A DNA stretch of 64,000 nt from a virus. Taxonomy: Duplodnaviria > Caudoviricetes. The notes beneath the pieces were generated by a model. That model searched no databases, was not told the DNA's origin, and was given only the letters and a program-made list of their open reading frames with translations. The position numbers and the translations under genes were made by a program. The DNA lies in the IMG/VR virus record IMGVR_UViG_3300027751_000004, positions 56,034-120,033 of that record; one strand, given 5' to 3'. Shown piece after piece: positions 38,501 to 48,300 of the stretch; positions within the stretch are counted from its first letter, which is position 1, and each line of letters begins with the position of its first letter.

Positions 38501-41500
38501 ACTGAGTTCCAAGCAGCATTAGTTACCTGAGGGACTGTAGCAGGTTTACCAGCTACAGGGGTTATCCCCCCAGAACTAGTTGTACAGTATTTCGAAACTT
38601 CAACGTTATCGAAGAAAGGATAAACTTGGGTATGAGGTCTCAACCCTCTGGCTTCGAACTTAATATTCTTTTGTCTCATGAATGGGATAAGAGCGGAACC
38701 GACAACTTTGTCACCATTAGAAGTTACGTCTATTTGCTCGACAATATTTGTCTCAATACCATTTCTGGTTAGTACACCAACTTCTGTTTCTTGTTGCTGC
38801 TGTAAAACACGACGACCGAAGCCCCTTACGAAATCGGCTCGGAAGTTACCAGTATTTTCTCTGATTCTAGGACCAACTAAATCTGTAGTCGTAATACCAG
38901 TCCAGTTAGTAGTCGCAGCGTCCCACACAGTTCCAAGCGCATCAGCATTTTGAGCAATTAGAGTATCAAAGTTTCCTTCTTTGTTGACAGTTACATCAGG
39001 TAGTCTTTCGATCTCAAACCACTCATCCGAAGATGGAGACAAAGTCATTTGACCCGTCCATGCAAAGTTTAGAACTGGGTTAAGGTTTTCAATAGTAGAA
39101 GCGTAGTTTTGCTCAATAGTTTTAACATGCTCATATGGGAGCATCGCCAAACCACCTTCAGTTACGGTATAACCATGGGCTAGTTTATCTTCACCAAACT
39201 CGTATTTTTCTACTAATGCTATATTCTTCATCGCATATTTTGGGCGAAGAATACGCTTATACATGTCGATAGCACAACGATAGTCAGGGTGAAGTACATC
39301 ACCAGTTTTGTGACCACCAAAGTTATCAACCAAGAAACCAGACTTAAATCTGTCTAATCCATTTTCGTCTTTAATTTGTAATGTATCTGCAGACACCTCT
39401 AGCAAACTTAGAGAGGTGTAATACTCAATATTATTAACCCTCTTTTCTAGAGTACTGAGGTCTCTCATAGTGAAACGTTTATTAGCAAATTTTTCAACAG
39501 CAACATCACGAACATCAATTACATATGGAGGCATAGACAAGTCAGCCAATCTCATTGCATTATCGATAGTATCTGGGTATTTCGGATCTTCGCTATCATT
39601 ACCCTGTATTAAAACAAACTCTCCTTGAGTTGTTAAGTATAAAGAGTCTTTCCTTGCGAGGTAGTATTCGTAGTCGAAGTCGAAGTTGCTGTTGTCTCTA
39701 ACGGTGTTTACGGAAGAAGCACCGCTATTGCCGTCAGAAGAAAAAGATCTACTATTAATATTAAACGAAGTCCCAGTTACTGTTTTAACCCCATCAGAAG
39801 AAGACCCACTAGGAGCATCAGCAACTCTGGGTCTGAAATCTACAGTAGATCTTAAATCAAAGATACCAGTAGGTGCTGGGCTTTCAGGGTCTACACGTGT
39901 AGAAACATATGCGGGTATATCTTTATATGCGACGTCTGAATACGAATCAACAGTAAAGAAGTCTCCAAATCCATGAGTAAAGTAATCAAAGACAACTAGT
40001 AATTCTCCTTGAGGACTTCGTTCGTTTTTCTTAAGTATTAATTTACCGATATCATAGTAGTTATCTCTCTGACCAGGGTCATAAGTGAAACTGTTAAGAA
40101 TATCATTATCTCCAGCAGTAAGAGTACCTACAGATCCGCTCGCAGAAGAAGTTTGACCTACAATTTCTTCCTCAGATATAAACGGTAGAGAGTTTAGAGG
40201 AGTGTAAGATAAATTATTACCATCAATCTGAAGTAAAATAGCTATAGCTCCAGATTGTGATCCGACTATAGTTTCGGTAGTAATAAATGCCCCTTGCGGG
40301 TTAGTAAGCGATAAACTGGGAGAAGAAGCTAATTGCCCCACAGTACCAGAGTCATAAACTGCTAAAACCTTGAATATGTCAGCAACACCTAGTGATATAT
40401 CTTTATGATGAGCTGATGTACCATAAGGTATGTACCCTTGAGTTTCTTCCGATTTATTCTCAACTCTTAATAATGAAGCCCTTTGTAGGGATTTAGTTTT
40501 CTCGTTTTGAGACTGTTTCTGAAGAGTGGTATTCACTCTAATGATAGAACCATCTTCGAAAGGATCATTAGTATCGTCATTAGTGAACCCAGTAATAGTC
40601 AAACTACCAGTCCCCTCTCCTGAGAACGTCAATCTTTCGATATCTACATGAGCACCACTTGACCAAATTTGTGGGGTTGCTCCATGAGACATAATTGTCA
40701 CAGAATAATTTTGATTACTTTTAGCTTTAAATGTTTCATTACCGATAGCAGATAATGTTAGAACTCCAGAAACTGTAGTCCCTTGAAATTGTCTTGAAAC
40801 TGTAACCTGATTCTGAGACTCGAAATCGTTTACTTCAGTTTTTAATGTTTTAATGTATGGCTTATCTAGCATCCTTAACATTAAATTCTTTTCTTGGTCT
40901 TTTAAACCGCCTCTTAATCTTCTTGCTGTGAATGCTCCAGATATAACAGTAGTCGGTGCAGCATTGAGGTCAACCCTTGTGTTGCCCGACTCGCCTGAGA
41001 AAACTGCAGTTACAAACCTTGTTTCTGAAGCAGTACCGCCACCCAGAGAAGTGCCTGTAGGCAATCTTATAGCATCACCTACTCTTAATTCTTCAGAGAA
41101 TTTAGTACCAAGACCTAATAACCCTCTATTGGCAGTACCAGCATTATTATCTGTAAATTGAACAGTACCAGTAAGAGTAAATACATTATCCAAAACAACA
41201 TCACCTTTGAATTCCTGCAAAGTATCATCTTGTCTTAATGCTTTAACTTCTTCAAATGCGAATGTCTTTACAGATGCTACTGTAAATTGATTGGTATCAT
41301 CTACAGATTCGTGAATAAACCCGCCAGCTCTGAAACTGTTTGACGAAGTTAATCTTTCGTTGTTTAAGAATGTACCAGCTACAGATGTCAACGAGATACC
41401 ATTTGAAGTTGTACCATAATAGTAACCAGTGGCGCCAGATATTTCGCCAGTGATTAAACTACCTAATTCCACAGCAAACCTATTATTCGCAGCATTAATT

Positions 41501-43005
41501 GATTCTGCAGCATTACTACCTACAAGATCAATGTGGGTTAACATTTTAATGTCGAATAGGTAACATGCATGAGTACCAAGTCCTGATGCATCTGACTGGT
41601 CAAATGTACCATCAGAGTCAACATCGACACTAGATTGGGTGGTAAAATCTCTGGCTCTAGCAAGACCGATAGTTTCTCCCACCCCACCAGGATTATATAC
41701 GGAATTACCGATACCTGTATCTTTCAATTCTATTAATTCATATTCCTCAATATTCGCATCGCCTACAGTCTCTGGCATACCGTGTGTATTGGTTAATCTA
41801 ACGTAGTTACCAACTTGAATAACTGAAGTTGCGTCTGTTTCTGAGAGGAAAGTTCGGGGTTTTGGAACATCTAAGTAAGATGGTGTTGTAGTCTCTAACT
41901 CATACCCTTTAACATATGATTTACCAGAGGAAATCTGTAGAGTCATAGAATCTTCAGAAGCTAGATTACCGTCATCTGTAGTAGTACCTGCAGAGTAGAC
42001 CCCCTGATTTGTCCCAGTATTTAATTGTTCTTTTAATTCTAATTCATAAGGTTTGATAGTATAATCGCCAAATTGCTCGTAAGTGCGTCTGGCTTGTTCG
42101 TCAGCGAAAACGTCATAATCTGAGATTTTAGCTTTCGCCTGTTGCTTACCTTCAACTATACGTTGAAGCTCAACAAAATTCTGTGTAGTGTTATCTGTTA
42201 TTTCTCTACCGACTAACTTTAACTCTATAAGATAACGGTCTGCTCCACGAGCAGAATAGTTTGGAGCATTAAGCGCAGTATCTAAAAGACTTTGATCTTC
42301 ATCTGCCGTAATAGTAGATTCAATTACATCAATACCTAGACGTGCAGTCGGATTAGGAGAATATTTGGATAGCACTACTCTTTGACGTGGGATATGAACA
42401 TAGCAACCTTTTACAAAAATGATACCACTTTCTATAGAAGCAGTTGCACCCTTTGCTGTAGCATTAGTAGGTGCAGTAACAGCCAATGGTCTTCCTTCTG
42501 AAATCCCACTAATCTCAGTTATACTGGCTGCAATATCTTCTTCGGTTCTTTTCCAAAGTAACGACTCATCATCTTTAAAAATTGACGTAGAGCCATCATA
42601 ACCGCTAGTAAGGTAATTGACATATATTGTTAAAGGGTCAACAGCAGTAGCATCTTCAACATGGACAATCCTAGCTTCTACACCACTTTTAGAGCCAACT
42701 ACGACTACATCTAAAAGTTGTTCGGAATAAGAGTCGACGGATAATGTACCATTAGTACCATTCAACTTTACAGCATCAGCATTATTAGTAAAGCCAAATT
42801 CAGCACCTGTTACAGGAGAACCCTCTTTAAAGAAGTGTTCACCATGTCTAGCAATCTGATTCTGTAATAAAGTCTGTAGCTGAGTTAATTCACGAGCCTG
42901 AACAGAAACTCCTGGACGGAAAAGTATTCTATGAAAATTCTTATCATCCTCAGGGTTAAAGTCGTCATAATACGGCTCTGTGTTGTAGTTGTTGGTGATC
43001 GACAT
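35554..43005 (-). CDS. Large virion structural protein (VrlC/DUF4815-like)
   Basis: PYYDDF, ILFRPG..VQARELTQLQ, RFTMRD...LEKR..N.EYYTSLSLLE, RFKSGF.VDNF, DPLAQS, GVLFKSQN, DLRAIAL. Confidence 0.88.
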   Translation of the reverse strand: MSITNNYNTEPYYDDFNPEDDKNFHRILFRPGVSVQARELTQLQTLLQNQIARHGEHFFKEGSPVTGAEFGFTNNADAVKLNGTNGTLSVDSYSEQLLDVVVVGSKSGVEARIVHVEDATAVDPLTIYVNYLTSGYDGSTSIFKDDESLLWKRTEEDIAASITEISGISEGRPLAVTAPTNATAKGATASIESGIIFVKGCYVHIPRQRVVLSKYSPNPTARLGIDVIESTITADEDQSLLDTALNAPNYSARGADRYLIELKLVGREITDNTTQNFVELQRIVEGKQQAKAKISDYDVFADEQARRTYEQFGDYTIKPYELELKEQLNTGTNQGVYSAGTTTDDGNLASEDSMTLQISSGKSYVKGYELETTTPSYLDVPKPRTFLSETDATSVIQVGNYVRLTNTHGMPETVGDANIEEYELIELKDTGIGNSVYNPGGVGETIGLARARDFTTQSSVDVDSDGTFDQSDASGLGTHACYLFDIKMLTHIDLVGSNAAESINAANNRFAVELGSLITGEISGATGYYYGTTSNGISLTSVAGTFLNNERLTSSNSFRAGGFIHESVDDTNQFTVASVKTFAFEEVKALRQDDTLQEFKGDVVLDNVFTLTGTVQFTDNNAGTANRGLLGLGTKFSEELRVGDAIRLPTGTSLGGGTASETRFVTAVFSGESGNTRVDLNAAPTTVISGAFTARRLRGGLKDQEKNLMLRMLDKPYIKTLKTEVNDFESQNQVTVSRQFQGTTVSGVLTLSAIGNETFKAKSNQNYSVTIMSHGATPQIWSSGAHVDIERLTFSGEGTGSLTITGFTNDDTNDPFEDGSIIRVNTTLQKQSQNEKTKSLQRASLLRVENKSEETQGYIPYGTSAHHKDISLGVADIFKVLAVYDSGTVGQLASSPSLSLTNPQGAFITTETIVGSQSGAIAILLQIDGNNLSYTPLNSLPFISEEEIVGQTSSASGSVGTLTAGDNDILNSFTYDPGQRDNYYDIGKLILKKNERSPQGELLVVFDYFTHGFGDFFTVDSYSDVAYKDIPAYVSTRVDPESPAPTGIFDLRSTVDFRPRVADAPSGSSSDGVKTVTGTSFNINSRSFSSDGNSGASSVNTVRDNSNFDFDYEYYLARKDSLYLTTQGEFVLIQGNDSEDPKYPDTIDNAMRLADLSMPPYVIDVRDVAVEKFANKRFTMRDLSTLEKRVNNIEYYTSLSLLEVSADTLQIKDENGLDRFKSGFLVDNFGGHKTGDVLHPDYRCAIDMYKRILRPKYAMKNIALVEKYEFGEDKLAHGYTVTEGGLAMLPYEHVKTIEQNYASTIENLNPVLNFAWTGQMTLSPSSDEWFEIERLPDVTVNKEGNFDTLIAQNADALGTVWDAATTNWTGITTTDLVGPRIRENTGNFRADFVRGFGRRVLQQQQETEVGVLTRNGIETNIVEQIDVTSNGDKVVGSALIPFMRQKNIKFEARGLRPHTQVYPFFDNVEVSKYCTTSSGGITPVAGKPATVPQVTNAAWNSVKRILISFDKNSNDITKFSVLAGNQTRRLGDGDPIVDTVLEGEETHAGLQYRRLEANTSARNTKDRDVIEFIFDDNALIEPSDNGDLYFTFYVRNIADDPTTKKTYPDPYPKRPTLAGKTFYKKKPMRAMQISEVQFFNENFSLSPDLNSGVGPGGGGNHTNAESWNLYNSLISNIEYAEIIEHSFIRTPEAIVDGGAMLDGYLIDGINYRSDQNLYSEGRVDANARIARWTVRLRGGARQIENPDSIERFVRTEDVDTKALVTDASGFVSGTFTIPDSKISGNPAFRTGSRLFRLTSSSSNAKETVDTFAQEKYTATGTLNSMQETFTATRNGRVETRSVQENVEVSRSRDLGLVQVGWYDPLAQSIMPSVPGGEFITKVDVFFAGKDDHAPVTLQLREMENGLPTRKVLPSASITLDPSDVNVSQVGTAATSFEFPNPVYVKANQEICIVLMTDSIGYTTWISKLGDTDIDGVRNIDEQPYLGVLFKSQNNSTWTAYDYEDLKFTVYRAEFDTSQEGVITLENEDVPLKQLRNNPLICSSGSSIIKVLHPNHHMYYNTGNYTNKVRIEGASSGITANLKSDITSSATTMIIKDLHSSMPTSGDHYFKLVSNNKDEIENEIIYGTIAATGTSGEYSITVSSATQDRGINSPISFHSGEDGSFQTTTVELYESNGISLVNVNRVHEIHGYGLDHYTIDISSDSLDSANSPSVTAVQDSAIGSSYVTATENALVDAYQLMLPVVTYPETNIDTRIKFATGTSVSGNQIPFVAGQYSKTELIERTEFKEPKIIASSVNESGEILGGNKSAEVELTLSTKTSTLSPIVDLERKSITAYANRIDYISEESDVDSSTTFIPATAPEGDSSESVYITKRVQLKNPATSIKVILDAVVNAGSDLEVMYKVLRSDDSSDFDELGWNYFNTHGETDIEMSKSVNRTSFKEHEYTQDNIPEFISFSIKIKMKGINSSQPPLVKDLRAIALAL

Positions 43006-43036
43006 TAACGTTTCTCCGAATTATATTTTATAGTAG

Positions 43037-43043
43037 TATTTAT
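43037..43043 (-). promoter_or_regulatory. Late promoter variant (GATAAATA) for the VrlC-like gene
   Basis: ATAAATA core in the intergenic region, about 31 nt upstream of ATG. Confidence 0.65.
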
Positions 43044-43057
43044 CGTATCTTCTCGCA

Positions 43058-44746
43058 TTAGAATTCAATAAAAGTACGAAGGTTGACGATTTGTTCAACG
43101 TTTTTCCTGAAAGGCGTTCTGTTGTTAATGAACACCATAGAACCAGAAAATTTGTCTACTTCAGGGTTTGTGATAGAATCTGTAGACACGCTAAATAAAT
43201 TTGTATTATTTTCGTCTTGGAAAATATCGCCAACTTCTGGCTCAGACCCATCTATAGATTGTAATAATAAAGAAACCCCAACGTCTTGCTCAGCAATTTG
43301 ATATGGTTCTTTAGCTACAATAACTAGATATTCATCAGTCGTTTGATTGTATATTTTTTGATCTAGTGCGAATGAAGATATATCAATCCCAGCATATAAT
43401 GATGCATCTAGGATATCTAATCTATAGCAAGTAGACCCATAAGAAGAATACAACCTAGACCTTTGAGCTCCAGGGGTTAAATAAACATCTGGGTCAAATA
43501 TCAACCCAGTCTGTCTGTAATCAGATTCCAACAAGAAACCTTGATTTATTTCATCAGCAGTCGTCATCTGAAAACCTACCGTTCTCGCAAAAGATTCTTT
43601 AACTAAATCTTTACCGTGACCGCCAACAGGAGAAATAATTACTTCTGCTATTGCACCTGTACCATTACCAGTATCTGTAATAGTAGCATTAGCAAATGTA
43701 TACCCACTTCCGTGATTATTTAAGGATATACCGACAACTTCTCCGTTTACTATAACCGCATCTGCACTAGCATTTTCTCCATCGCCAGTTATAGTAACTG
43801 TAGTATTATCTACAGAATATCCACTACCTACGTCATTAACATAGATAAAACTCAGCTGACCATCAACCGCAGAAGCACCAACCTCGCTTAAGACAAGATC
43901 GCCCTGATCTATCTGCGCTCTCCATACAGCCCCATTTCCTACTAAACCAGTTACAGGGTGCTCTAACCCAGGAATAGAGTTGGTTATAGTGATTGTCGCA
44001 AACGTATAACCGCTTCCAGGATCTAGTACTGAAATTCCTGTAATCTCGCCAGTATCAACATCAATTGTAACATCACCTAACCGAGCTACGGTTTCAGCTG
44101 GAGCGTCTCCCTGAATCACCACACTAACATTATCGGCAATATACGAGTTACCGCCCGACTCTTTGATTAAAGATAAATCGATACCAGACTGATAAAACCC
44201 ACTAGTAGAGTTAGTAACTGGGATGTAATCAGGCGTCAAGAATTTGCTTCTTTGCACCTCATCCACAGTACCCATATATTTCCAAATATATCCGTCAGAA
44301 AATTCCAGATAACCAGTCTCATTAGTACCTGTTGGCTGTACCGTTGAAGGTCTATTATAATTATTAGATATGCACTTGTAGATATTAAAATCCGTGGTTA
44401 ACACGAACATAGTAGCATCAGCAATATCCTGCGCCCCAGAGGGCGCAGGAAATCCCGACGAGTATCTATCATCATACATATCATAAACTGTACCTGCTGA
44501 CCAATCAACTCGATCAATTGCGAAAGATACGTCAGAAATAGAAACGTATCTTAATCCAATTATAGATGAGCGTGTCTCACGTTCATACTCCCTAGAAGCA
44601 TTTGGGTTCGGTGGAGTAACATCCCCTTCATCCCATGGTAATGTTTTTCCTAAGAAAAAGTACGCTCTAGATGTTTTATTTAATATACCATTATAAAATA
44701 TCCGAGCAACGTTATTATGAACGTCATTTTTAAGTACAGTTGCCAT
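43058..44746 (-). CDS. gp8: Baseplate wedge subunit
   Basis: Y.F.G...PW, R.DW..GT.YDMY, YKC..N, DGY.WKY, GGHG.D, YRQ.G...DP, SG.....NR. Confidence 0.85.
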   Translation of the reverse strand: MATVLKNDVHNNVARIFYNGILNKTSRAYFFLGKTLPWDEGDVTPPNPNASREYERETRSSIIGLRYVSISDVSFAIDRVDWSAGTVYDMYDDRYSSGFPAPSGAQDIADATMFVLTTDFNIYKCISNNYNRPSTVQPTGTNETGYLEFSDGYIWKYMGTVDEVQRSKFLTPDYIPVTNSTSGFYQSGIDLSLIKESGGNSYIADNVSVVIQGDAPAETVARLGDVTIDVDTGEITGISVLDPGSGYTFATITITNSIPGLEHPVTGLVGNGAVWRAQIDQGDLVLSEVGASAVDGQLSFIYVNDVGSGYSVDNTTVTITGDGENASADAVIVNGEVVGISLNNHGSGYTFANATITDTGNGTGAIAEVIISPVGGHGKDLVKESFARTVGFQMTTADEINQGFLLESDYRQTGLIFDPDVYLTPGAQRSRLYSSYGSTCYRLDILDASLYAGIDISSFALDQKIYNQTTDEYLVIVAKEPYQIAEQDVGVSLLLQSIDGSEPEVGDIFQDENNTNLFSVSTDSITNPEVDKFSGSMVFINNRTPFRKNVEQIVNLRTFIEF

Positions 44747-44761
44747 GCTTTAAAAGCCTTA

Positions 44762-45334
44762 TTAGCTAATTTTTACTACCCAAGTGATTGTAATGCTATC
44801 ACCCTCTTGCTTGTTCACTGGTAGGAACACAGTACGACATAACATCGCAGCTACTGGTTCATTGTGATTGTATGCCCCTGCGTCATTGACTAGGGTGTCA
44901 CTATCGCTCTTATCGCCATTAAAGATACCTGCTTCTACAATTGCTCCATCAATAGCGGAGTTATCGCCTATTTCGTAGCCAGTACCAACTGTTGCTGGGA
45001 AAGTAGCAACAAAAGTTACTTCATTATTGTCTACATCGATTGATGTGGAACCAGCTAATGGAACACGACCTTTCTCAGCAAGTAATGTTTTCTGAGAAAG
45101 TGCGGCTGCTGTATTGTTAGAACCGATAGCCATATGACTCATTTGTGCTGGGTGCGCAAAGTTCGCTGAGGTTTGCACTGCGCCATCATCGATCAATCGT
45201 CTTGCAATGTGCTTAAGACCTGTGGATACTACCATATTAGGAACTGTAAATTCCTGAGTAGTTTCGCCTTGAGCGTTAGATTTCTTTACAGTAAGGCGTC
45301 CAGTTGCTACGCCATTGTCTCTTATTAGTGCCAT
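44762..45334 (-). CDS. Conserved virion protein between gp7 and gp8
   Basis: N.VV..G...IA.RL, MSHMAIG, EAGIFN, ML.RTVF...NK...D.I.I.W. Confidence 0.75.
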   Translation of the reverse strand: MALIRDNGVATGRLTVKKSNAQGETTQEFTVPNMVVSTGLKHIARRLIDDGAVQTSANFAHPAQMSHMAIGSNNTAAALSQKTLLAEKGRVPLAGSTSIDVDNNEVTFVATFPATVGTGYEIGDNSAIDGAIVEAGIFNGDKSDSDTLVNDAGAYNHNEPVAAMLCRTVFLPVNKQEGDSITITWVVKIS

Positions 45335-45358
45335 TTTAGATACTCTCCAAATTAAAAT

Positions 45359-48300
45359 TTAAAATTGTCGTTCCGCAATATCGGAACAATACTCGTAGTC
45401 TAAACCCCCTGCTATATATCCTAATTCAACATAGGGTTTAGTTATCGTTAAACTCCCACTTTCACTACTAGTGATTGAGAATTCTTGGATACCTTTATTT
45501 ATACTATAAATATCATTGTCTTGAACAGAATATATATCTGTTGCAAGAGCAGAGTCATCAAGACGTTTGTCGAGTAACAAGTCTTGTACGCCTAAATCAC
45601 TTATATCTATAATAGTATCTTCAAGTGGCTTCTCAACATCAAAACCTAGTTCTTCTTGCTCGCTCGAGTAATCGACTACATCTATTATAAAATACGAATC
45701 ATCATGAGCGCCATCAAGATCATTCGAGGACACAGTCTCACCGCCAGAAATTAAGTAGTATCTTCCAGGTGTTGCGTTAGTAGTATCCCAAGTTAGGGTC
45801 TGATTATTTGTAACAAAACCATTGTGGCTAGTCATGCCCTGATTAGTTATACCATCATCTGTAGCAATATCTGTAACCTTATCTGCTGTTGGAGAAGTTT
45901 TTATCCAAAAGCCCCCAGCTGGAGATGCTGAACTGAAACCGTAAGTATTATATTCTAATTTTATTGTGTCGCCTATATAGGCTTTAATCATAGAATTGAC
46001 ATGAACTGTTCTATCATCATCATCATTATGTGATTTTCCATAGAACCTATATTTAAACGTAGATGATCCACTTTGTATTATTGTGTCATCTCGATCTTTG
46101 TTAGAATTAAATTGGAAAGCAAGATCGTTAAAATCTACAATTCTATTCCCACCATTCCTGCCATGTACATTGTCAATAGCGGCTGGTTCTATCCATCTCA
46201 AGCTATGTGTGGGTACTGAGTTATAATATGAATGCTGCATATCAAAAACGCCATATATTTCAATAGGACCCCCCTCTACAGAGGATATAGCGGTGGTCTC
46301 TTCTTCAGGATGTTCAAAAGAATACCTCGAGTCTAAATCGGACGAAGTACCTACTGAAGATTGCGGACTCTTTATAAAGGAGAAAATAGATCCATCATCA
46401 GAAGCACCGAATTGTAAAAGATCGCTTAAACTTTTAGTGCTATCCTTAGACCTGATAACGTCTTTATCTTTGAAGTCTGTTAAGTCCAATATGGGCTTTG
46501 ATATGGCATTTCTTTGGACATCTGGGTTTGACTCAAAATCAGTTGAAGAAGTTATTCTAGACTTGAATATACCCTTTGCGCAATCTTCCGAAACACCAAA
46601 AATTAAAGTGTCTAAAAGTGCTTTAGATAAGCTGTAACTATCTGAGTCTGTAACAGGTGGATCTAATAGATCCGATAAATCTTTTGTAAACGAATAGATG
46701 TCTTCATCTATTGTAGAGAATACATCGTCTACAGTTGCAGTATCCTGAAGATACTTATTCCTAGAAATAGTTATAGCATCATTAACATCGCTAATAGAAG
46801 ACGATCTTGGCTTTGAAAATAATAATCCGTGAGATTCAGATACATTGTGTTCTAAAGTCTCATTAATCGTGGCTTTTTCAAACAATTTTCTGACGACATC
46901 TTCATCCGATAAATCAGTTATTTCCTCATAACCAGATAAAAGCCCCATGTCTTTCTCGTATGCAACGAGTTCTTTAGTATGGGTAACGTAAGCAAATTCT
47001 TGAGAATCATCGTCATTAAAGAATTTTTCATTAATCACGCTAACCAAAGAAAAGATTTCTTGAGTGCCATCGTCAAATGCGGTGCCACTTTTACTGTGAT
47101 CGAAGATAAATTGAGTATCGTCAGGGTCGGGTGTATCAATTAGTGCTTTACCTATATCGAAAGGTTGACGTTCGTCACTTGCGTCTGCAGTCAATTCTTC
47201 AAGGTCATCTGATCTTGGAAACTGTTTGCCGAATGAAAAGATATGTAAGTCTTCATCTGCTAGATCAGTTATTTCCTCATAACCAGATAAAAGCCCCATG
47301 TCTTTGTCGAAATGGTAGGTGTCAGTGTCTTTATCTTTAAGGTCAGTTTCTTCATAATAATCAGACTCTAGCCCCATATCCTTGTCTAAATGGTAGGTGT
47401 CAGTGTCTTCATCTGCTAGATCAGTTTCTTCCTCATGACCAGACAAAAGACCCATATCCTTGTCTAAATGGTAGGTATCATTATCTTCATCCGCTAGGTC
47501 AGTTACTTCCTCAAGACCAGAATCAATCCCCATGTCTTTATCGAAGTGATACCTATTCTCATTGTCAGCTAGATCGGTTTCTTCGTAATAACCAGATAAA
47601 AGACCCATATCTTTATCGAAGTGATAAGTGTCATTATCTCCATCTGCTAGATCAGTTATTTCCTCATAACCAGATAAAAGACCCATATCTTTATCGAAGC
47701 GATAAGTGTCAACATCATCGTCCGATAAATCTATTATTTCCTCATGCCCAGAATCAATCCCCATATCCTTGTCAAAGTGATAGGTATGGGCATCATCACC
47801 CGATAAATCTATTACTTCCTCAAGACCAGAATCAATCCCCATATCTTTATCGAAATGGTAAGTGTCAGTATCTTTATCTTTAAAGTCAGTTATTTCCTCA
47901 TAACCAGATAAGATACCCATGTCTTTGTCGAAGTGATACCTATTCTCATCGTCAGAAAGGTCAGTTATTTCCTCATAGCCAGATAAGATACCCATGTCTT
48001 TGTCTAAATGGTAGGTATCATTATCTTCATCTGCCAACGTAGTTTCTTCATAATATTCAGAATCTAGACCCATATCTTTATCAAAGTGATAAGTGTCATT
48101 ATCTGCATCTGCTAGATCAGTTATCTCTGCGTATCCAGACGTAAGACCCATATCCTTGTCTAAATGGTAGGTATCGTCGTCTTTGTCGGCGAAGTCAGTT
48201 ATCTCTGCGTATCCAGACGTAAGACCCATATCTTTATCGAAATGGTAATCTTCTTTATCATGTTCAACATAAGCAATTTCTGCATACTCAGGGACTGTTA

